Shown here: piece by piece, positions 18,345 to 27,641 of the stretch | How positions within the stretch are numbered: the stretch's first letter is position 1 | How the letters are laid out: every line of letters starts with the position of its first letter | Origin: Candidatus Latescibacterota bacterium | GTDB taxonomy: Bacteria; Latescibacterota; UBA2968; GCA-2709665 | Assembly (NCBI GenBank): GCA_965203805.1 | Contig: OZ241917.1 | Coordinates: forward strand, 4,256,001-4,320,000 | Direction: 5' to 3' | Length of the DNA stretch: 64,000 bases | Translations under genes and position numbers: made by a program | The notes under the pieces: generated by a model | What the model was told of the DNA's origin: nothing | The model's input: the letters and a program-made list of their open reading frames with translations, nothing else | Database searches by the model: none

Positions 18345-18961
18345 AAATAAAGGTGTACGTGGAAGGCGGTGGCTATAGAAAGACCACAAGCAGCGCTTGT
18401 CGCAGGGGCTTTATTAGATTCATTGAGAGATCCGGATTGCAGGGAGAGATGCCGAAAATTGTTGCCTCCGGCAGTCGTACGAACACGTTCAGACGTTTTG
18501 CAAAGAGAAGCAAAGACGCTGCAAATGAAGAAGAATACGCTCTGCTCTTATTGGACGCTGAGGGGCCGCTCAGGAAACCCCAGCCGTGGCAACATCTCAA
18601 GGAATGTGACGGTTGGAATCCTCCCGAAGACACGAAGGAATATCAATGCCATTTGATGGTGCAAGCGATGGAATCATGGTTTCTTGCAGATCGTGCATCG
18701 CTTATGGAATTCTACGGTCAGGGTTTTCTGTCAAACGCGCTACCGCAGAATCCGCAGATTGAGGAAGTCCCCAAAGGCGATGTCATCAATGGAATACGCG
18801 GCGCTACCAGAAGTACCACAAAAGGACGATATGACAAGGGGTCCCATAGTTTCGAGATCCTCGCGAAGATAGATCCAGGAAAGGTTATGGCTGCGTCGGA
18901 CCACGCAAGACGATTTATCAACGTGCTGGTGGGGCTTGCGGAAGGCAGGGAAGTATTTTGA
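18341..18961 (+). CDS. DUF4276-like TOPRIM-fold protein
   Basis: KVYVEGG, LLDAE, MVQAMESWFLAD, YDKG; GTGA overlap with the ATPase stop. Confidence 0.7.
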   Translation: MKIKVYVEGGGYRKTTSSACRRGFIRFIERSGLQGEMPKIVASGSRTNTFRRFAKRSKDAANEEEYALLLLDAEGPLRKPQPWQHLKECDGWNPPEDTKEYQCHLMVQAMESWFLADRASLMEFYGQGFLSNALPQNPQIEEVPKGDVINGIRGATRSTTKGRYDKGSHSFEILAKIDPGKVMAASDHARRFINVLVGLAEGREVF

Positions 18962-19052
18962 CGGTCACTTATGTCCAACAACGCCACTTGTTGGCCAATA
19001 TCGAGAGAAAGTGGCAAACAAACTCATTTGTCGGCCATTGATGACCGACAAC
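18958..19052 (+). repeat. 95-bp six-box element, copy 2
   Basis: TTGACGGTCA-4-TGTCCAACAA-6-TTGTTGGCCA-14-TGGCAAACAA-6-TTGTCGGCCA-4-TGACCGACAAC. Confidence 0.9.
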
Positions 19053-19163
19053 GACCGTTTTATACCGAGCCAGCGGACATGGTACCCTGCCTTTTCCACA
19101 AAAGCGCCGCGATTTCACCCCGGGTTGCGGCCAACACACGCAACGAAAGCTTGGAGGCAATTA

Positions 19164-20276
19164 ATGGCGCCAGTACAATACCATGCCGGCCGGTTCCCTC
19201 CCGATAATCTCGACTGGCCAGCGCTTATTCCACTCATTGGTCCTGCTGCGACGGCTGTGGCACGTTACGACGGTACTCTCGCTGCGACTCCTAACGCCGA
19301 TATTCTGCTCGCGCCACTCACCACGCAGGAAGCTGTCCTCTCCTCTCGCATCGAGGGTACTCAGGCCACCATGGGCGAGGTGCTGCAGTTCGAGGCCGGT
19401 CGGGAGCCAGATTCTCCGACACGCCGTGAAGATATCCACGAAGTGATCAACTATCGCATCGCCATGCGGCGGGCGGAAGAAATGCTGGACAAGATACCTC
19501 TTTCCCTTCGGGTGGTCCGAGAAGCCCATAGAATGTTGCTTGCCGGGGTGAGGGGAGAGGGTCAGTCGCCGGGCGATTTTCGTCGCGTTCCCAACTGGAT
19601 CGGTCCGCCTGGATGCTCGATCGAACAAGCCACGTTTGTGCCGATAGGCGCAGACATGCTTCCCGAGGCCATGAGTTCTTGGGAACGATATATCCACTGC
19701 GAAGCGCCAGATCAACTAGTACAACTGGCGATTCTGCATGCCGAATTCGAAGCCCTTCACCCGTTTCTGGATGGCAACGGACGCCTCGGGCGCATGCTGG
19801 TGCCGCTGTTCTTGTGGCAGTGTGGCCTCATCAGAGCTCCCATGTTTTACATCAGCGCTTACTTCGAAGCCCACCGAGACGCGTACTATGACAGCCTGCT
19901 TGCCGTGTCCCGCGACAACGACTGGACGGGATGGTGCGGGTTTTTTCTTGAGGCGGTTCGAGTGCAAGCCCAGGACAACCTTACAAAGGCGCAGGGCATC
20001 ATTGACCTGTATGAGGAAATGAAGCGGCGTGTCGCCGATCTAACCCGCTCCCGCTACGCAGTGCATGCATTGGACTGGATTTTTGAACGTCCGATTTTCC
20101 GAAGTTCTGACTTTGCGGCTTCCGCAGGCTTTACTCATCGCACCGCGCGCCGGATTCTGGATGTCTTGTGCGAAGGGGATGTACTGAAGGTGTTTCATCA
20201 GGGCAGGGGCCGCAAGGCAGCAGTCCTTGCGTTTCCCGAACTCATAAACGTTGCAGAAGGCAGAGACGTATTTTGA
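19164..20276 (+). CDS. Fic family AMPylase with N-terminal inhibitory helix and probable C-terminal HTH
   Basis: HPFLDGNGRLGR, SSRIEG; GGAGG RBS before ATG 19164. Confidence 0.9.
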   Translation: MAPVQYHAGRFPPDNLDWPALIPLIGPAATAVARYDGTLAATPNADILLAPLTTQEAVLSSRIEGTQATMGEVLQFEAGREPDSPTRREDIHEVINYRIAMRRAEEMLDKIPLSLRVVREAHRMLLAGVRGEGQSPGDFRRVPNWIGPPGCSIEQATFVPIGADMLPEAMSSWERYIHCEAPDQLVQLAILHAEFEALHPFLDGNGRLGRMLVPLFLWQCGLIRAPMFYISAYFEAHRDAYYDSLLAVSRDNDWTGWCGFFLEAVRVQAQDNLTKAQGIIDLYEEMKRRVADLTRSRYAVHALDWIFERPIFRSSDFAASAGFTHRTARRILDVLCEGDVLKVFHQGRGRKAAVLAFPELINVAEGRDVF

Positions 20277-20367
20277 CGGTCACTTATGTCCCACAACGCC
20301 ATTTGTTGGCCAATATCGAAATAAAGTGGCCAACAAACTCATTTGTCGGTCATAGATGTCCGACAAC
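20273..20367 (+). repeat. 95-bp six-box element, copy 3
   Basis: TTGACGGTCA-4-TGTCCCACAA-6-TTGTTGGCCA-14-TGGCCAACAA-6-TTGTCGGTCA-4-TGTCCGACAAC; contains the fic stop codon. Confidence 0.9.
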
Positions 20368-20424
20368 GAATTGATTTCTCGGCGCGTCGCCATGGGTTGG
20401 CAATCGGGACGGACGAAGAGTGCG

Positions 20425-20519
20425 TTGACGGTCACTTTTGTCCCACAAACTCAGTTGTCAGACAAAAATGGTGATAAGTGACCAACAAAATACGTTGTCG
20501 GCCATCGATGACCGGCAAC
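20425..20519 (+). repeat. 95-bp six-box element, copy 4
   Basis: TTGACGGTCA-4-TGTCCCACAA-6-TTGTCAGACA-14-TGACCAACAA-6-TTGTCGGCCA-4-TGACCGGCAAC. Confidence 0.85.
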
Positions 20520-20654
20520 GGCCGTCTATTCATCAGGAGTTGATTTGTCCTACACAGCAGCAGGCGTCCGTGATGTCCCGTGTGATTAAATCGACACACA
20601 AACTCCGTCAACATCCGTCAATCCGGATTCACAGAATAGAGAGAACACTCCCGA

Positions 20655-23453
20655 ATGCGTCTATCCTGGAATGAAATCCGAGCTCGAGCGGCCCGATTTG
20701 CTGAGGAATGGAAGGATTCGGGGTACGAAAAGGGTGAGACCCAGAGTTTCTACAACGAATTCTTTGAGATCTTCGGCGTGAAACGCCGCACGGTCGCACG
20801 CTACGAGGAACACGTTCAACGTCTGGATGACTCCAGTGGATTCATCGATCTCTTCTGGCCGGGCGTATTGCTTGTCGAGCAGAAGAGTGCGGGCGTCAGC
20901 CTGAAGAAGGCACGAGAACAGGCGGACGCCTATTTCGACGCGCTGCAGGAGCACGAGAGGCCGCGTTACCAGTTACAGTGCGACTTCCAGACTTTCGATC
21001 TAATTGACCGGGATGAACGCGAGGAAGTGCGTTTCGCCCTGGCCGACCTTCCTGACCATGTCGAGAAGTTCGGCTTTATCCTCGGTGTTCAGAAGCGGAC
21101 CTTTAAGGACCAGGATCCGGTCAACATCGCTGCGGCCGAACGCGTCGGCCTTCTCCACGACGCGCTGGCGGCTTCCGGCTACACCGGACACGACCTGGAG
21201 CAATTCCTGGTTCGCATTGTTTTTTGCTTTTTTGCGGACGACACCGGCATCTTCGAACCGCGCGACATCTTTCTCGATTACCTGGAAAACCGTACGAGTG
21301 CTGACGGGACGGATGTCGGAAGCCGCCTTATGCACCTGTTCCAGGTTCTCAACACCCACCAAGAACATCGCCCTACCACGCTCGATGAAGACCTCGACCG
21401 CTTCCCATACGTCAACGGCGAGCTATTTCGTGACCCATTACCCATCCCGTCATTCAATTCTGAGATGCGCGACAGGCTAATAGACGCATGTAACTTCAAT
21501 TGGTCGAACATTTCTCCGGCGATATTCGGGTCGTTATTCCAGTCGGTTATGGACACGAACGAACGACGCCGACAAGGCGCACATTATACCACAGAGCAGA
21601 ACATCCTAAAGGTAATCGAACCCCTCTTCCTGGACGATCTGCGAGCGGAATTTCAACGCCTGAAGGCACGCCGGGACACCCGTCGCATTCCCGATCTGAT
21701 CGCCTTTCAGCAGCGACTCGGAAACCTTCGTTTTCTTGATCCGGCTTGCGGATGCGGGAATTTCCTGATCATCGCCTACAGGGAATTGCGCGAGTTGGAA
21801 ATCGAGGTCCTCAAGGAGATTCGCCCAAAGCGGCAGGTCGACGCTTTTGCAGAGTTGCTTTCGGTGGTAGACGTCGATCAGTTTTACGGTATTGACATAG
21901 GAGAGTTTCCGGCACACATCGCCAGAGTCGCGTTGTGGATGATGGATCATATCATGAATAATCGCCTCAGCCTCGAGTTCGGTCAGACCTACACCCGCAT
22001 TCCACTCGAGAAGTCGCCGCACATCCGGCAGGGAGACGCGCTCGAAATTGATTGGGGGAAACAGCTTCCGCCGGAACAATGTTCATATGTGCTGGGCAAT
22101 CCGCCGTTCGTGGGTGCCAAGTTCCAATCTCAGCTACAACGGGAACAGGTGAGGAGAATTGCCGCGCTGGGGAAGAGCGGCGGCACGCTCGACTATGTGA
22201 CTGCGTGGTTCATCAAGGCTGGGGAATACGTGAAGAATAGCGCGGCACGAATCGGTTTTGTGGCGACAAATTCCATCACGCAGGGCGAACAGGTCGCGCA
22301 ACTCTGGCCGATTCTGTTCGAGCGGCACAAACTGGATATCACATTCGCGCATCGTACGTTTGCGTGGGGATCGGACGCTCGCGGCATGGCGCACGTCCAC
22401 GTCGTCGTCATTGGATTGTCAAAACGTGACGATTCGCCGCGGCAAAAACGTCTGTTTTCCTACGAAACCCCGAAGAGTGATCCGCAACAGAGCCAACACC
22501 ACGCCCTGTCGCCCTACCTTTTCGACGCGGGAGGTTTGACGGATCCCAAAACGGTAGTAAAGGAAACGGCACACCCCTTGAATGGACTTCCGGCCTTGTT
22601 AAGCGGCTCGCAACCCATCGATAATGGAAACTACATTTTCAATGCCGATCAAAGGGTCGCGTTCCTTGCAGAAGAACCAGAGGCGGAGAAATTTATGCGA
22701 CCGTATGTCGGCGCACGTGAGCACATTCAAGGCCGAGAACGGTGGATTTTGGCTCTTCATGACGCGAGCCCCGCCGAACTCAAGGCGATGCCGAATGTCA
22801 TTGAGCGCATGAGAGCCGTCAAGGCGTTTAGGGCGAAAAGTAAACGCAAGAGCACCCTCGCCATTGCCGGCTATCCGGCGCAATACAACGTTAATGTCGT
22901 ACCTACCGCACCGTTCTTAGTCGTTCCAGAGGTAAGTTCCGAACGTCGAGAATACATCCCGATCGCTTGGCTGCAGCCGCCGGTAATTCCGAGTAATCTC
23001 GTCCGCATTGTCGAGAACGCCAGCAAACACTTATTCGCACTTCTCACTTCTGCAATGCACGTTGGATGGATGCGCAATATTGGCGGGCGATTGGAGAGCC
23101 GTTACCGATATTCTATCGGTCTGGTCTACAATACCTTTCCCCTACCACCGGTACCGCCAGAACGCCTGAAACGCCTTGAAACCCACGCCGACGCCGTTCT
23201 ATCCGCTCGCGCGAATCATCCTGACTCGACACTGGCAGACCTGTACGACCCAGACTTGATGCCTGCCGATCTCCGCAAAGCCCATCAGGCGCTGGACCGC
23301 GCCGTCGATAGGCTATACCGGCGCACTGGCTTCACCTCCGAGCGCGAACGTGTGGAACATCTCCTCGGGCTATATGAAAAAATGGTCGCGCCGCTTGCGG
23401 CAAAGGCGAAACCGAAGCGACGGCGAAGGGGTAGACAAGTGCCTGAAGAATGA
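20655..23453 (+). CDS. MmeI-family Type IIL/IIG restriction-modification enzyme
   Basis: N-terminal ID..EQK nuclease, GAHYT, DPACGCGNF, GNPPF, ATNSITQGEQ, RYS..LVYNTFP, LADLYDP. Confidence 0.9.
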   Translation: MRLSWNEIRARAARFAEEWKDSGYEKGETQSFYNEFFEIFGVKRRTVARYEEHVQRLDDSSGFIDLFWPGVLLVEQKSAGVSLKKAREQADAYFDALQEHERPRYQLQCDFQTFDLIDRDEREEVRFALADLPDHVEKFGFILGVQKRTFKDQDPVNIAAAERVGLLHDALAASGYTGHDLEQFLVRIVFCFFADDTGIFEPRDIFLDYLENRTSADGTDVGSRLMHLFQVLNTHQEHRPTTLDEDLDRFPYVNGELFRDPLPIPSFNSEMRDRLIDACNFNWSNISPAIFGSLFQSVMDTNERRRQGAHYTTEQNILKVIEPLFLDDLRAEFQRLKARRDTRRIPDLIAFQQRLGNLRFLDPACGCGNFLIIAYRELRELEIEVLKEIRPKRQVDAFAELLSVVDVDQFYGIDIGEFPAHIARVALWMMDHIMNNRLSLEFGQTYTRIPLEKSPHIRQGDALEIDWGKQLPPEQCSYVLGNPPFVGAKFQSQLQREQVRRIAALGKSGGTLDYVTAWFIKAGEYVKNSAARIGFVATNSITQGEQVAQLWPILFERHKLDITFAHRTFAWGSDARGMAHVHVVVIGLSKRDDSPRQKRLFSYETPKSDPQQSQHHALSPYLFDAGGLTDPKTVVKETAHPLNGLPALLSGSQPIDNGNYIFNADQRVAFLAEEPEAEKFMRPYVGAREHIQGRERWILALHDASPAELKAMPNVIERMRAVKAFRAKSKRKSTLAIAGYPAQYNVNVVPTAPFLVVPEVSSERREYIPIAWLQPPVIPSNLVRIVENASKHLFALLTSAMHVGWMRNIGGRLESRYRYSIGLVYNTFPLPPVPPERLKRLETHADAVLSARANHPDSTLADLYDPDLMPADLRKAHQALDRAVDRLYRRTGFTSERERVEHLLGLYEKMVAPLAAKAKPKRRRRGRQVPEE

Positions 23454-23635
23454 GAGCTATACAGGTCGTTAACGCCGAGCTTTCTTTATTCACGGTAGTT
23501 CGAAAACCCTGATGGATCACGTCTCAAAGGAGGTGGTTAAAAAGTGACAAAAGGGGTACACAGATAAAATCAATATATCCGTAGTCAAAATCAAAATTTC
23601 AGAACTGGCTCTCGCGTAAATAGGACGTACATGCG

Positions 23636-24535
23636 ATGACATACTCCGTGGTACAATACGCAAATACGGGAAGTGGAAAAATCACTGTGGGTGAATCTGG
23701 ACTTTGCAGATATTGCCAAAAAGAAAAACCAGAAGTTTCATTCTCAAACAGAGCCCATGCGATACCTCAGTTTATTGGCAATAACGAGATATTTTCTAAA
23801 GATGAATGCAACTCCTGCAATAAGTTCTTCGGAGCCGGGTACGATGATGATTTATCCAAATATCTCGGGGGAAGACGTACCGTTTCGCAAATGCGAGGGA
23901 GGACTGGTATTCCAAGTTACAAGACACATACGGAACTGTCGAGAATTGATGTAAATAAGTCCGGCATGAGAATGTTGGGTACCGAAGGTGACGACACAAT
24001 TCACTTAAACGAGGAATCAAACACTGTGGGCATCAAAATACGAAAGCAACCATACTCACCGTTGGGTGTGTATAAGTCTTTCCTCAAGATGGCCATCGCC
24101 TTGGCTCCTCGAACTCTCTTGTCGCCGCTTGACGTCACCAGGCAGTTTCTGATGCGAAAAGATAATATTAGATGCCCATGCTTTAGGCCCTTTTTGATAG
24201 AGACCTTCATCCCTGGACCATTGAACAACGAGTTATTCACGATGCTCTTGAAAAGATCAGAAGAGGTGGACATTCCATCACTGATGTTTCTTCTTTATGT
24301 ATCCAACTACTGCTTTCAAATAGTAGTGCCCTGCCCTGAATTGGATCAAAAGCTCGCTGGCCAGGACGTAAGGGTTCCCAGAATTACCCATCCGCTTGAA
24401 CATATGAATCATCCCTATGGCTCCTCGATATCACGAAAAGTTGATCTTTCGCAATTGGAGAAGGTTCGGGATCAATACGAAATCATTACGATGCACTATG
24501 ACCGTATTGTGCCCGAATGTACCGATACACAATGA
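23636..24535 (+). CDS. HNH endonuclease-domain protein
   Basis: CRYC, AHAIP..IGN, ECNSCN; low GC. Confidence 0.75.
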   Translation: MTYSVVQYANTGSGKITVGESGLCRYCQKEKPEVSFSNRAHAIPQFIGNNEIFSKDECNSCNKFFGAGYDDDLSKYLGGRRTVSQMRGRTGIPSYKTHTELSRIDVNKSGMRMLGTEGDDTIHLNEESNTVGIKIRKQPYSPLGVYKSFLKMAIALAPRTLLSPLDVTRQFLMRKDNIRCPCFRPFLIETFIPGPLNNELFTMLLKRSEEVDIPSLMFLLYVSNYCFQIVVPCPELDQKLAGQDVRVPRITHPLEHMNHPYGSSISRKVDLSQLEKVRDQYEIITMHYDRIVPECTDTQ

Positions 24536-24722
24536 GATAATTTCAACTCAGCTTTTATTGTTATAAATTCGGCGATGGGGGAGGGCATGAAATGCCAGAG
24601 AGAATGAATATATGAGACGATGGTAGGTGGAAATCGATGGTGATGGACGGGCGTAGACGGACGTCCAAGACCGAACCGAAAGCACAGGATTCGATGTAGG
24701 ATGCGAAACAATCGAGAACGAG

Positions 24723-25844
24723 ATGGAAATATCCGCTGAAATCGACCTTGGAAATCCACCAGCCGGCTACGTTCTTACATCTGGCAGAAAAGGCGAACAC
24801 GCTAAGGTCGCCTACCGTGAATTCACATCGACTGAGGACGGCCAACATTTCACTCTAAGGCTTGAAGGGTGGCCGAACAATATTCTAAATCGTCTGCCGT
24901 CACAAATTCGGCCGTCGGAAGTGGATCACATGCTTGCGATTTGCTATAGTGACGGCAGGGCGAATGTTTTCGTGAACAATCTTGAATTATCTGCTATGGC
25001 TCGTTTTAAGAGAACGATCCCATCAGGTTCCCCAATCAGTAGAGAGGACTACGCCGATGTGGAGCGACTTGAACTTGGCGTGCCCGTACCCACTGATGCT
25101 GGCTTCGTGTTCGTCTTTTCCGTCGGATGGCGAAAGGGGCTTTTTTACGATTTCGGCCCGATAGCCGGACCAGATCCTCCTCCGCGGCGATTTGACATAG
25201 GCGCAGTCTTGGGCCAAGCGTATTGTCATGTGTTATTTCAGGAAAGGTTTAGCATTTCCGATGCAGAATGGGACGCATTGTTGGAGGCACAATGGTTCCC
25301 ATTTGTCGGCCTTCGCCACGAGAGGATCGATGCCCTCATTGGTCATATTCGATCAGGATGGAATCTAGATGAAGAACTCGATAGAATCGTCTCGGAAACA
25401 AAGGTACAAGTAAGACAAATGCTGGATATCTGGCGTACCAAAACCTCATTTCGACCCCATATGAGGATCCTTGAACGTGCTGTCGAACGATTTCAAAGCG
25501 ACGATCACATTAGTTGTACCGGATTATTGATCCCTCGTATAGAGGGGATCCTACGCACTCATCACGCAAGTCTTGGTACTCAGGCGCCTCCATCCGCCAG
25601 CAACTTAACGCGTTCGGCGGTGGCGTCCAAATCCCAGAGTGACAGGAGGTTGTTGTTGCCGCTTCGTTTCTCAAAATACCTTCAGGGCGTATACTTTGCA
25701 GATTTCAAGCCTAATGTCAAGGATATCGACGTGTCGAGACACAGTGTTGCACACGGTGTTGCGGATGCAGGGAAGTTCGATCAGAAATCTGCAGTTGTCG
25801 GTATACTCACGGTTCATCAGTTGTCTTACTTCCTCCAAGACTGA
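24723..25844 (+). CDS. Hypothetical protein with C-terminal HEPN-like RxxxxH motif
   Basis: 373-aa ORF; PRIEGILR helix and RHSVAHG. Confidence 0.55.
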   Translation: MEISAEIDLGNPPAGYVLTSGRKGEHAKVAYREFTSTEDGQHFTLRLEGWPNNILNRLPSQIRPSEVDHMLAICYSDGRANVFVNNLELSAMARFKRTIPSGSPISREDYADVERLELGVPVPTDAGFVFVFSVGWRKGLFYDFGPIAGPDPPPRRFDIGAVLGQAYCHVLFQERFSISDAEWDALLEAQWFPFVGLRHERIDALIGHIRSGWNLDEELDRIVSETKVQVRQMLDIWRTKTSFRPHMRILERAVERFQSDDHISCTGLLIPRIEGILRTHHASLGTQAPPSASNLTRSAVASKSQSDRRLLLPLRFSKYLQGVYFADFKPNVKDIDVSRHSVAHGVADAGKFDQKSAVVGILTVHQLSYFLQD

Positions 25845-26007
25845 GTATCCAGCAGGGTAAGGAGGTACAATGGTGAGCGCATTGTTGCAGTAGAACATGC
25901 AACGATTGGCTGAAATCCTCGGTGCTCGAACCTCATGCACCGAGTATATTAGATACCGCGCTGTGGTTTGGCGATGCAAAAACAACAACCGGAACTGGGA
26001 CGATCGC

Positions 26008-26508
26008 ATGACCGCTGCGCTGATGACAGATTCCGACCAGAAAGAAGCGCTGTCTTTTGTCTATGTACGCGCGGTCGCGGCGCGGGCAGGTTATGTCATA
26101 GGCCGCTCTGAACTGGACCGGGACAGCATAGACTTGAGGATTGAATCGGGTGAGCCGATGCGCCCTGCGCTCGATTTGCAATTGAAAGCAACGGCAAATC
26201 TAAATGGACGGGATGACTGTTACTTTCGATTTACTTTGAATCGGAAGAACTACGACGATCTGCGCATACCAACTCAGACTCCGAGGTTGCTCGTGGTGCT
26301 AGACTTGCCGAGAAGAAGGGACCAGTGGGTGACGATCACCGAAGATAGACTGGTGCTTAGGCGCCGTGCCTATTGGTTGAGTCTGGTCGGTCGTCCGCAA
26401 ACGGACAACCAAGTGTCGGTGACGGTTCAGATACCGCGAAGAAATGTGTTTGACGTCAATGGTCTGCGAACGCTCATGGATCAGTCAAGAGAAGGGAGAA
26501 TCCAATGA
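26008..26508 (+). CDS. DUF4365-like PD-(D/E)XK nuclease
   Basis: QKE..S, DSIDL, LDLQLKAT, NYDDLR, AYW.SL; start approximate. Confidence 0.75.
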   Translation: MTAALMTDSDQKEALSFVYVRAVAARAGYVIGRSELDRDSIDLRIESGEPMRPALDLQLKATANLNGRDDCYFRFTLNRKNYDDLRIPTQTPRLLVVLDLPRRRDQWVTITEDRLVLRRRAYWLSLVGRPQTDNQVSVTVQIPRRNVFDVNGLRTLMDQSREGRIQ

Positions 26509-27641
26509 GGGTTAGCATTAGAGACCTCAAGCCGTTGAAAGAGATTTCGCCTGCGGCTCTGTCGACATATGCTCAAGCTGCGGGATGGACCCGCACGAGC
26601 AGCTATGGTGAATATTCAGACATATACGCGTCGGACGGATTACCCGAAATCATCTTGCCGCGGACTCAACACTTGGGTGATTATACCAGCGTCGTATCGC
26701 GACTCATTGGAATTTTCGCAGATGTCGCCGGTTCCGATGAACTTTCTCTGTACCGCGACCTGGTTACTGCCGACCGCGATCTCATTCGCGTGCGGGCAGC
26801 AGATGACGGCGAGGGAGCAGTGTCGATTGGCGACGGGATTGACCTTGTCTGTGGCGCATACGATATGATCCTGGCGGCAGCCTGTTCTCTGTATAATCCG
26901 AAGTCGGTTTATCGCCCGGGCGCCAACAAGCGGGCCAGAGATTTTGTAAAAGCTTTAAGCATGGGGCAGACCGAGCAGGGGAGCTTTGTTGTTACGCTGC
27001 TTACTCCTGTGGTCTCGCCGCCCTTGCAGCAATCCGGCATATCGGATTTGAGGCACAACGACGACCCACTTGAGCGGAAAATGACAAGACGTCTTGCTAC
27101 TGCGTTGCAAGCCACACGGCGCGCAACGGAAAGATCGGTCGGAGGAAACACCGACGCCTTCCCGCTGGCTGTGAACAATGGTGTAAGCGCGAATCTCTGC
27201 GAAGCGCTTGCAAGGTTGGTCGAACCCTTTGTGTCGCTGGATGTCAGTATGACCTGGGCACGCACATATCCGATGAATACGGCGCGGGAGGTGGTTCGCT
27301 TTGACAAGGGTGATGCCGTGACTCTCCGCGCGGCTGCGAAGTTATTCCGTGATCATAAACCGCGCCCCAACGTCCGCCTCAGTGGCCCGGTGCACAGACT
27401 AATACGCTATGAGCAGGATTTCGGTACTATCGCGCTACGAGCGTCTATTGACAACCAAATGAAGTCAGTGGTTGCCGTTTTGAATCAAGCCGATTACGCA
27501 CTGGCGATCCAGGCTCACATGGAAAAGGCCTCGATCGTTGTAGACGGCGACCTAGACCGCTATGGTCAGCGCTGGCACCTGATGAATCCGCGGGTCGTCG
27601 CCCTCAATCCGCAAGAAAACTTGCAGGAAGAGGGAAAATGA
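26505..27641 (+). CDS. Hypothetical protein coupled to the DUF4365 gene, possible C-terminal OB fold
   Basis: 378-aa ORF with ATGA overlaps at both ends; GQTEQGSF, GVSANLCEAL. Confidence 0.65.
   Translation: MRVSIRDLKPLKEISPAALSTYAQAAGWTRTSSYGEYSDIYASDGLPEIILPRTQHLGDYTSVVSRLIGIFADVAGSDELSLYRDLVTADRDLIRVRAADDGEGAVSIGDGIDLVCGAYDMILAAACSLYNPKSVYRPGANKRARDFVKALSMGQTEQGSFVVTLLTPVVSPPLQQSGISDLRHNDDPLERKMTRRLATALQATRRATERSVGGNTDAFPLAVNNGVSANLCEALARLVEPFVSLDVSMTWARTYPMNTAREVVRFDKGDAVTLRAAAKLFRDHKPRPNVRLSGPVHRLIRYEQDFGTIALRASIDNQMKSVVAVLNQADYALAIQAHMEKASIVVDGDLDRYGQRWHLMNPRVVALNPQENLQEEGK

Noticed and set aside
18936-19163. 76-aa N-terminal extension of Fic in the ORF track
   Set aside because: It reads through the non-coding repeat; GGAGG and ATG at 19164 mark the likely start.
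16793-20276. Duplicated fic tail as a DGR template/variable repeat pair
   Set aside because: No reverse transcriptase gene; differences are not adenine-specific and many are synonymous.
16948-20519. 95-bp repeats as a CRISPR array or canonical integron attC sites
   Set aside because: Too long, separated by whole genes, and no cas genes. No RYYYAAC...GTTRRRY ends, spacers are not self-complementary, and no intI is present.
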